Below, in pieces: positions 1 through 6,903 of a stretch of DNA of 21,658 nucleotides. The notes beneath the pieces were generated by a model, which was not told the origin of the DNA, searched no databases, and saw only the letters and a program-made list of their open reading frames with translations. Source of the DNA: Myxococcota bacterium. Lineage in GTDB: Bacteria; Myxococcota; UBA4151. The stretch is from the NCBI GenBank assembly GCA_040260805.1, contig JBDQPD010000057.1, positions 1-21,658 of the forward strand, given 5' to 3'. The translations under genes were made by a program, and so were the position numbers. How positions within the stretch are numbered: position 1 is the stretch's first letter; each line of letters begins with the position of its first letter.

Positions 1-2
1 CT

Positions 3-851
3 AATGTTGCGAAGCTCGACCCAGGATTTAGCCAAGCGCTTGCGAGTTTCGTGCGCGGCGGTGGCGGTTTATTGATCAGCGTCGGCGCCAACACCGACGC
101 CCTCGAACTGCAGCGGAGTCTGGGCTCCTTGCTGCCTGTCCAGGTGCGAGCTCGCTGGGCGGCTAAAGATGCCGAAGGAAACCCAAGCAAAAGTGCTGCC
201 TTGCAAGCGTCAGCGCCTCAAAGTGAGTGGCTTAAGACCATTGGCCTTGAAGCCGGCGGTGGCTTACTGCGGACGCGCATCTGGCAAGGTCTCAACGTGG
301 ACGCCTCAAAGGGCGTTAAGTGGCGTTTATCCGATGGGCGGCCTTTGTGGATTGAGCGGTCTTTTGGTGAGGGGCGAGTCGCCTTGCTGACCACTAGTAT
401 TGATCGAGATCATGCCGATTTAGCCATTAGGCCAGGTTTTGTGCCGATGTTACGCGGCGCTTTAAGGGCCCTCGCTGGAGACCAGGCGTCGCAGCTGAGC
501 CCGAGCGTTTTGCCGGGACAAGTCTGGAGGCACCCGCTCGAGATTGACGACTCTGTTTTTCGCCGAGTCGGCGGCGGCGTGATCAGAGCTCAAGTCCTCG
601 ATGATCAGCTAGAGCTCGAACCCAGCGCTTTGGGTTTGTGGCAACAGCGAGACCAAGGTCTGGCGGTGGAGCTCAGAACGGATCCGCTTGAGAGTCAACC
701 GCACACTCAAGCTGGCGAGAGCCGAGCGGTTCAAGCGGGTATCGGTGAGGATCACGTTCCTTTATGGCCCTGGCTTTTGCTCTTTGGGATGCTGTTCCTA
801 GCCGCTGAGTCGCTCGTTTTACTTTCAGACCACCAGGCGCGTGCGGCTTAG
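3..851 (+). CDS. C-terminal part of a BatA/VWA-associated membrane protein (glutamine-amidotransferase-like domain plus C-terminal TM anchor); 5'-truncated by the window
   Basis: The frame is open from position 3 (NVAKLDPGFSQALASFVRGGGGLLISVG), so the GTG at 51 is probably internal. Motifs FVxxGGGLLI, GEGRVALLTTS..D..DL...PGFVP and the terminal LWPWLLLFGMLFLAAES resemble BatA/VWA-type proteins. Confidence 0.6.
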   Translation, partial: NVAKLDPGFSQALASFVRGGGGLLISVGANTDALELQRSLGSLLPVQVRARWAAKDAEGNPSKSAALQASAPQSEWLKTIGLEAGGGLLRTRIWQGLNVDASKGVKWRLSDGRPLWIERSFGEGRVALLTTSIDRDHADLAIRPGFVPMLRGALRALAGDQASQLSPSVLPGQVWRHPLEIDDSVFRRVGGGVIRAQVLDDQLELEPSALGLWQQRDQGLAVELRTDPLESQPHTQAGESRAVQAGIGEDHVPLWPWLLLFGMLFLAAESLVLLSDHQARAA

Positions 852-854
852 GCG

Positions 855-1811
855 CTAGAGCCGACCAGGACAGTAATCAGAGTAGTCATTCGGCGCGTGA
901 AGCCCATTGAAACTCATACCGATTGAGGTGTCGAGTGCGGTGGCTTGATGCCACCAACCCACCGGCAAAAACAGCGCATCACCAGGCTCTAGATTGGCGA
1001 CCATAATACGCTCCTCTGCGCAGACGTCTCGAAGGTCCCGTTGGCGGTGATAAAAGGGATCTGTTTCGACCAGCGCATCGACCGTTAGCGGCGACGCGAG
1101 TTCAAACCTTTTGCGTCCCACCAGCTGAACAAAAAGAGCGTGGCAATTGTCGTGGTGGAGCGCAGTATAGGTCCCTTTGGGTCCCATCCATAAGCTGCAG
1201 CATTCGAGGAGGTCACCCTTGCGAACCCAGGAGGCTTCGATCGGCGTATCGATGATCAATTGCTCGCCGCGAGGGCTCTGCATCAGATGGTTTCGAGCGA
1301 CCAGGTAGGTGTCGTTGCCTGGCTGATGGATCATCTCCGCCCATTGCGCGGGTTTAATGGAGCGGATCAACTGTTTGAAATCACGGTCAGGGTGATGAGC
1401 TCGGTCGCGTCCAACAAGGACGTCGATAGGCTGATCACCGAGCCGCTTGAGGAGAAGATCTACAGACCACTCTAAAGCGGGCCAGCCCGCTGCGAACGCT
1501 TTGAGGATGACGGGTTGATGGTGCGCAAGCCACTCTTGGTAAAATCGCTCAGGGGTTAGGGCTTGTTTTGACGGGACCTCGCCTTGGTGATGACACACTC
1601 TTTGATGCAGGTCGGCTGCGGCGGCGAGACGCTGCCCTAGCTGGACCTTGGGTCGAGCGGCGGCAAAGACCGGTGAGGTTAAAATAGCTTCGATCTGTTC
1701 GAGCGCTTGCTCGTTGCTCATTCCCTGCGCGGTGAGCGCCTGCTCTACCGCATCGAGGGGCGCACCTTCAAGCAGCAGGTCGGCGAGCCAGCGCTGCTGG
1801 CTCGGGTTCAC
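855..1811 (-). CDS. JmjC/cupin_8-family Fe(II)/2-oxoglutarate-dependent oxygenase
   Basis: LWMGPKGTYTALHHD (HxD), QLVGRKRF (2OG-binding Lys) and LEPGDALFLPVGWWHQ (distal His) are present, plus QPVILK..GWPALEWS typical of the FIH/JMJD5-like cupin_8 N-terminus. The GTG start overlaps the upstream stop (GTGA, 1808-1811). Confidence 0.9.
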   Translation of the reverse strand: MNPSQQRWLADLLLEGAPLDAVEQALTAQGMSNEQALEQIEAILTSPVFAAARPKVQLGQRLAAAADLHQRVCHHQGEVPSKQALTPERFYQEWLAHHQPVILKAFAAGWPALEWSVDLLLKRLGDQPIDVLVGRDRAHHPDRDFKQLIRSIKPAQWAEMIHQPGNDTYLVARNHLMQSPRGEQLIIDTPIEASWVRKGDLLECCSLWMGPKGTYTALHHDNCHALFVQLVGRKRFELASPLTVDALVETDPFYHRQRDLRDVCAEERIMVANLEPGDALFLPVGWWHQATALDTSIGMSFNGLHAPNDYSDYCPGRL

Positions 1812-2329
1812 CGCTCGCGCCCTACATCTCGAACTGCTGGACCAATATCGCGCGGAGAGACGCCCGTATCGCGTGGCGGCGGCATCGGCGGCACCTCACC
1901 GGTGTCACGAGGGGAGACGCCGCTGTCGCGAGGCGGCGGCATCGGCGGCACCTCGCCGGTGTCACGAGGGGAGACGCCTGTGTCGCGCGGCGGCGGCATG
2001 GGCGGGACCTCTCCTGAGTCGGTGGCGCCGGCGTCGTCAAAATCACCGGCGTCACGTTCGGAGCCTAGATCGCTTGATGCGCCGCTATCTTGAAGAAAGC
2101 CTGCATCGTCCAAGAAACCCGTATCCCGGGGAGGGGGCATCGGCGCGATCACGCCGATATCGGGCTCTGGAATGGGTTCTAGGTCACCGCAGCCTGCGGC
2201 ACCGGTCAACGAAGCGCCCAGGGCGATCGCCAGCAAGCGTTTGCGGCTGCTCTCCAAGCGAGAGTCTGCAGCCTGAGGTTGCGAGGAGCGTTTAAAGTCG
2301 AGGCGAAGGTGTTGGCGCGGCGTTTTCAT
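1808..2329 (-). CDS. Predicted lipoprotein with low-complexity DxG and PMPPPR repeats (173 aa), function unknown
   Basis: Basic RKR, hydrophobic LLAIALGASLTG and lipobox-like AAG-C47. The mature part has 15 DxG triplets and 4 PMPPPRD(T/S)G motifs. It fills the gap between nagZ and the JmjC gene on the same strand. Confidence 0.8.
   Translation of the reverse strand: MKTPRQHLRLDFKRSSQPQAADSRLESSRKRLLAIALGASLTGAAGCGDLEPIPEPDIGVIAPMPPPRDTGFLDDAGFLQDSGASSDLGSERDAGDFDDAGATDSGEVPPMPPPRDTGVSPRDTGEVPPMPPPRDSGVSPRDTGEVPPMPPPRDTGVSPRDIGPAVRDVGRER
1850..2020 (-). repeat. Three tandem 57-bp repeats encoding D(T/S)GEVPPMPPPRD(T/S)GVSPR
   Basis: Residues 104-122, 123-141 and 142-160 of the 173-aa ORF. 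A fourth, divergent partial copy (DIGVIAPMPPPRDTG) lies at about 2117-2161. Confidence 0.95.
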
Positions 2330-2360
2330 ACGGTGTTGCTATCTCGAATGCGCTTTAATG

Positions 2361-3452
2361 TCACACCCGGTCTGCGGTTTCGGTCGGATCAAAACCTACT
2401 TTTGCGCTGGTGAGTTGTTCGGGCAGCGGCGCCGCTCGTAAGATGTTTTTAGCGTCGTTTAGGTGGGGTCGAGCGGGCGTACCTACGTAGCGACTGATCA
2501 TCGCTTCGACCCGCCGCGCTGCGGTCCCGACGAGGGCTGCGGTCTTGGGCTGTTCGGCTAAGCGGATCACAGCTTCGATGCTCTCCTCGACACGGTCTTG
2601 TCGCCGACAGACTAAGAACAGATCGACGCCAGCATGAAGCCCCCGCTCGATCGCCTCAGACATCGTGTAGCGGTCGGCGATCGCCGCCATCTCGAGATCG
2701 TCTGAGATGATCACCCCTGAGTAACGATACTGACGTCTAAGCAGCGATAACGCCCGACCATCAAGGGTGCTTGGGTGCTCTTCGTTATAAGCTTTAATCA
2801 CCACATGAGCGGTCATCATCGACGCCATGTCGCTGGCTGCCGCGGCGCGAAAGGGTGACAGCTCTACCGACGCTAATCGGTGCTCGTCATGATCCAGTAC
2901 GGGTAGGGCTAAGTGCGAATCGGTGTCGGTGTCGCCATGTCCGGGAAAGTGCTTGCCGCAGGCTGCGACGCCCATGTCTTGTAAGCCTTTGGCAAAGGGT
3001 AACGCCATACGGGTCACCGCCTCGGGCGTGGTGGCAAAGGCTCGATCACCGATCACCGGGTTGTCCGGGTTGGTGTGGATATCGAGGATCGGCGCAAAGT
3101 TGATCGAAAACCCAAGGCTTGCGAGCTCTCGCCCGAGCAACGCGCCGCAGCGATAAGACAGCTTCGGGTCGTTGGTCGCGCCGAGCTGAGCCATCGCTGG
3201 GAGGTCTGAGGTAATGTCTCGCAACCGACGAACTCTTCCTCCCTCTTCATCAACGCCCAGCATCAGCGGTTGGCGTCGCCCAAGAATCGAGCCGTTGAGC
3301 GCAATGAGCTGTTCGAGGTCGACGATGTTTCGACGAAACAAAATCACACCGCCGAGCCCGTCATCGATCCATCGACCGACGTGATCGGGTAAGGTGACTC
3401 CGTCAAAGCCTACCATCAAAAGACGCATCGCTAAGCGTTGAGACGAATTCAT
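2361..3452 (-). CDS. nagZ: Beta-N-acetylhexosaminidase (GH3, NagZ)
   Basis: GGVILFRRN, VDEEGGRV, NFAPILD, the NagZ signature KHFPGHGDTDTDSH and the nucleophile region ISDDLEM. No signal peptide, so probably cytoplasmic. Confidence 0.95.
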   Translation of the reverse strand: MNSSQRLAMRLLMVGFDGVTLPDHVGRWIDDGLGGVILFRRNIVDLEQLIALNGSILGRRQPLMLGVDEEGGRVRRLRDITSDLPAMAQLGATNDPKLSYRCGALLGRELASLGFSINFAPILDIHTNPDNPVIGDRAFATTPEAVTRMALPFAKGLQDMGVAACGKHFPGHGDTDTDSHLALPVLDHDEHRLASVELSPFRAAAASDMASMMTAHVVIKAYNEEHPSTLDGRALSLLRRQYRYSGVIISDDLEMAAIADRYTMSEAIERGLHAGVDLFLVCRRQDRVEESIEAVIRLAEQPKTAALVGTAARRVEAMISRYVGTPARPHLNDAKNILRAAPLPEQLTSAKVGFDPTETADRV

Positions 3453-4246
3453 GAGCGAACATCCAAATGGTCGCGCAGACCATCACCAAGGAAGTTAAAG
3501 GACAGCACGGCGATCAAGATGGCTAGACCTGGCGCAATTGCAAGGTGAGGCGCCACCAGAAGGTACTGTGCGCCATCGTCGAGTAAGGCGCCCCAGCTTG
3601 GCGTTCCAGGCGCAACCCCTAAGCCGAGAAAGCTGAGCGCGGCTTCGCCTAAAATAGCGCCGCCCAAACCAAAGCTACCGTGGACCAGAACAGGCCCTGC
3701 GATGTTGGGAAGGATGTGACGGATGATGATGCGGGGGGCTCGCATGCCCATGGCTCGACAAGCCTGAACATACTCCATCTCTCGAACCTGTAAGACCTGA
3801 CCTCGCACCAGCCGCGCATAGCCTACCCATCCCGTCGCCGAGAGCGCCAAAACCACGTTGGTCAAGCTCGGCGGCAACACCGCAGCGATATAAATTGCCA
3901 GCAAAATACCTGGAAAGGCGAGCAAGACATCGATGACTCTCATCAGCGCGAAATCGAAGCGTCCACCAAAATATCCCGCAGTTGTTCCCATCAAGAGCCC
4001 GATGCTCAAACTCACGGTGACGACCGATAAGCCGACCGTTAGACTCACACCCGCACCATGAAGAACCCATGAAAACACATCGATTCCATTGACCCCTGTC
4101 CCCAAGACCGACCCATCACCGGGAGGCAAAAGCTCTCGAGTGATGTCCATATGGCTTGGGGTAAAGGGCGCTACGAGCGGTCCAAAGATGGCGGCGAAAA
4201 CCATCAAGCCTAGACCGGTCAGACCGATTTTGAGGAGGAGGTTCAT
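3449..4246 (-). CDS. Peptide/nickel ABC transporter permease (DppC/OppC family)
   Basis: LGT..NG.DVFS, LLAFPGILLAI, EAA loop (EYVQACRAMG), RHILPN, EAALSFLGLG and FNFLGDGLRD. ATGA overlaps with both neighbours. Confidence 0.95.
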   Translation of the reverse strand: MNLLLKIGLTGLGLMVFAAIFGPLVAPFTPSHMDITRELLPPGDGSVLGTGVNGIDVFSWVLHGAGVSLTVGLSVVTVSLSIGLLMGTTAGYFGGRFDFALMRVIDVLLAFPGILLAIYIAAVLPPSLTNVVLALSATGWVGYARLVRGQVLQVREMEYVQACRAMGMRAPRIIIRHILPNIAGPVLVHGSFGLGGAILGEAALSFLGLGVAPGTPSWGALLDDGAQYLLVAPHLAIAPGLAILIAVLSFNFLGDGLRDHLDVRS

Positions 4247-5175
4247 GTCTTCATCCTCGGGTCGACCAGCTCATAGACAATATCGACCATGAGATTGGTC
4301 AAGACGTAGGTGCCAGCGATGACCAGGATGCAGCCCTGAACCATCGGGAAATCCATCGTCTGGATCGATTTGAGTAATAAGGTGCCGATCCCAGGCCAGT
4401 TGAAGATTTTTTCGGTCACCACAGCGCCGGCGAGCAATGAGCCGAGCTGCAAACCCAAAATGGTGATGACCGGGATCAGGGCATTGCGCAGCGCATGACG
4501 GCCAACGACCACGCGCTCGCTTAGTCCCTTAGCCCGTGCAGTGCGGACGTAATCCATCCCCAAGACCTCGAGCAGACTCGATCGAGTCATGCGCGCAAGC
4601 ATCGCCGCCATCGCCGTGCCGAGACTGAGCACGGGCAGCACCAATGATCGCCACCCTTCGTTGCCACCGACGGGAAAAAGGTCCCATTGCACCGCAAAGA
4701 CCAAGAGCAGCATCGGGCCGAGCCAAATACGCGGTGTCGCCAAGCCGAGCGATGCAAAAAATAGAGCACAGGCGTCGATCCAGGTCCCTCGATTGAGCGC
4801 CGCAGCGATCCCGAGGCTCAGCCCTAGAGTGGCTGAAAGTAGGAGCGCAAAGACACTGAGTATCAAGGTCTGCGGTAGCGCCTGACCGATCGACTCAAAG
4901 ACCGGCGTATCGCTGCGAAAGCTCTCGAGTTCCCCGGTCCCTACATCGCGCAAAAACCGAAGATACTGCTCGCCGAAACTCGAGTTGAGTCCGAGCCGGT
5001 CTTCGAGCCTAGAGCGATCAGCTTCGGTGGCTTGCTCGCCGAGAATCAGCGTGATCGGATCGCCCGGAACGAGCCGCAGGGTGGCGCTCACCAATAAGCT
5101 TGCGCCGAGCATCACCCCAAGAACGCCGGGTAGGCGCATAGCGAGGCGCTGAGCGACGCCTGAGATCAAACTCAT
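4243..5175 (-). CDS. Peptide/nickel ABC transporter permease (DppB/OppB family)
   Basis: LVPGDP, EAA loop DYVRTARAKGL, HALRNALIP, GAVVTEKIFNWPGIG and terminal LVDPR. Confidence 0.95.
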   Translation of the reverse strand: MSLISGVAQRLAMRLPGVLGVMLGASLLVSATLRLVPGDPITLILGEQATEADRSRLEDRLGLNSSFGEQYLRFLRDVGTGELESFRSDTPVFESIGQALPQTLILSVFALLLSATLGLSLGIAAALNRGTWIDACALFFASLGLATPRIWLGPMLLLVFAVQWDLFPVGGNEGWRSLVLPVLSLGTAMAAMLARMTRSSLLEVLGMDYVRTARAKGLSERVVVGRHALRNALIPVITILGLQLGSLLAGAVVTEKIFNWPGIGTLLLKSIQTMDFPMVQGCILVIAGTYVLTNLMVDIVYELVDPRMKT

Positions 5176-6845
5176 GGCGCCACCTCTCGCTGAGCTTTGA
5201 GCAAGCCTAAGAACGAGCCCGAGGGTTTGAGCTCAATGCCTGTCCAGGGTTGCCGAACAATCCACACCCGGTCCTCATGCCATAAACTCACATAAGGGAG
5301 ATCTCGACTCAGGATATGCTGCGCCTTAGCGTAGAGTTCAGCTTGTCTCTCTTTTTGCGTCTCACGAGACGCTGCGTCGAGCAAAGCGTCGACCTTGGAG
5401 TTGCTGTACCCCCCTCGATTACCGCCATTGCGGCGGCAGGTTCCGCTCGAACAGCTGAAGCGTTCTTTGCTGGCTTCTTCGCCGGGTTCTGCTCCACCTG
5501 GACAGTCCGCAGCGGTCTGACATGACCCCGCAGATTGGGGCTGGGCATAGGAGTGAAAGACCCAGTCCAGAAGCGCGGGTGATAACACTGGAATCCACTC
5601 CATCCGAACCAGCTGGAAGTTCCCCTTTTTGACTTGGCTGTAGAGCGTGCCCCAGTCGTTGATTCGCAGCTGCAAATCGATGCCGACTTGGCGAAGTTGA
5701 TCTTGTAAAACCAGGCTCAGCGCTCGACCAAACTTTTCTGGAGTGGTGCGCATCTCTAGCCGAAGAATCGGGTGCTTTTGATTAGCGCTTGGGTTGGTCA
5801 ATAAGTCTGGATTCGTTCGCCAGCCTGCTGCATCGAGCAGAGCTGCCGCCTGCCTGGGGTTGTACGCGCTCGGTGGGAGGCCCTTAGGATGAGCCCAGTG
5901 GTCCGGCGGCGTCATCGCCGCGCTGGGGCGTGCTAGGCCGAGGTATTTGTGTTCGATGATCGCTTCCCGATCGATCGCCGAGGCGATCGCTTGCCGGACC
6001 CTTTGGTCGCTGAGTTCAGGGAGGCGCAGATTAAAGGCTAGGTACGAGTAGCCGTTTCCCGCTGCGTTGATCAGATCGAGATCCTTGCGTCGTTTCAAAG
6101 GCGGAAGCAGCGGTCGAGACGGTGTCACGGTCAAGACATCGGCGCGACCTTTGAGGAGTTCGAGCAGGCGGCTGGTTTCATCGCCGACGACGCGGAGCTC
6201 CATACGCTCATAGGCGACGCTTGGATCAAATCGTCTCAGCCAGATTCTGCGGTCGGCTTCACGCGCTTCAAACGCCAAAGCGCCGGTGCCCGAAGGCGCT
6301 CGCGCAAAGGCTTTGGGATCCTTCTCGGCGCAAGCCTTCTCAAGGATGCCGAGCGTTCCATTCTCGCCGAGCCAAACCGCAGAGGGTTTGCGCAGATGGA
6401 TGCGGACTTCGCGGCCTTTGGGGTCTGGGCTCTCAAAACGGTCCACATCGGCTAAGATACGCTGTTTTCGGCTTTGCACCCTCGGGTCACGCAGGCTCTC
6501 ATATGAGTAGATCACGTCCTCTGCCTTAAGCGTTCCGCCTGGTGTGCCGTCAAAACACGTGTGGAAGTTTATGTTCTTTTTGAGGGTAATCGTCAGATGT
6601 TGAGCACCATCGATCACAATCGATTCAGCCAAGTCTTCGACGACGCTCAGGTCGTCGGCGACCTGAACCAGACCGCGAAAGATCAACTCTTGAACACGCA
6701 TCTCGACCGCCGAACTGCCTCTTCGCGGATCGAGCGATTCGGGGGGGTCCGAGATCAAAACACTCAGCTCATTGGTGTTACGTTCCCGATCGCCTTGAGC
6801 GCAGGCGCAAAGAAGCAGGGGGCATAACATGACAAAGCGGACCAT
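5172..6845 (-). CDS. Peptide ABC transporter substrate-binding lipoprotein (SBP family 5)
   Basis: PESLDP, IFRGLV, AEDVIYS, PSGTG, YLAFN...L.D.RVRQAIASAIDRE and NRGGYSNSKVDALL. The start is most plausibly ATG 6845 (MVRFVMLCPLLLCAC, lipoprotein signal) rather than 6977, which would overlap dacB. Confidence 0.9.
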   Translation of the reverse strand: MVRFVMLCPLLLCACAQGDRERNTNELSVLISDPPESLDPRRGSSAVEMRVQELIFRGLVQVADDLSVVEDLAESIVIDGAQHLTITLKKNINFHTCFDGTPGGTLKAEDVIYSYESLRDPRVQSRKQRILADVDRFESPDPKGREVRIHLRKPSAVWLGENGTLGILEKACAEKDPKAFARAPSGTGALAFEAREADRRIWLRRFDPSVAYERMELRVVGDETSRLLELLKGRADVLTVTPSRPLLPPLKRRKDLDLINAAGNGYSYLAFNLRLPELSDQRVRQAIASAIDREAIIEHKYLGLARPSAAMTPPDHWAHPKGLPPSAYNPRQAAALLDAAGWRTNPDLLTNPSANQKHPILRLEMRTTPEKFGRALSLVLQDQLRQVGIDLQLRINDWGTLYSQVKKGNFQLVRMEWIPVLSPALLDWVFHSYAQPQSAGSCQTAADCPGGAEPGEEASKERFSCSSGTCRRNGGNRGGYSNSKVDALLDAASRETQKERQAELYAKAQHILSRDLPYVSLWHEDRVWIVRQPWTGIELKPSGSFLGLLKAQREVAP

Positions 6846-6903
6846 AGGCGGCTGCGTAACAGAGCAACGCCCCTTGGGCCAAGCCACCAAATTCACACAC
6901 CGT

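Noticed and set aside
1850..2020. Possible CRISPR array
   Set aside because: The units are contiguous tandem in-frame repeats without unique spacers, and no cas genes are present.
1648..2295. Alternative-frame ORFs with repeats (1648-2295 +, 1707-2093 +, 1822-2055 -)
   Set aside because: Shadows of the GC-rich 57-bp repeat. Only the 1808-2329 minus frame has a signal peptide and fits the operon.
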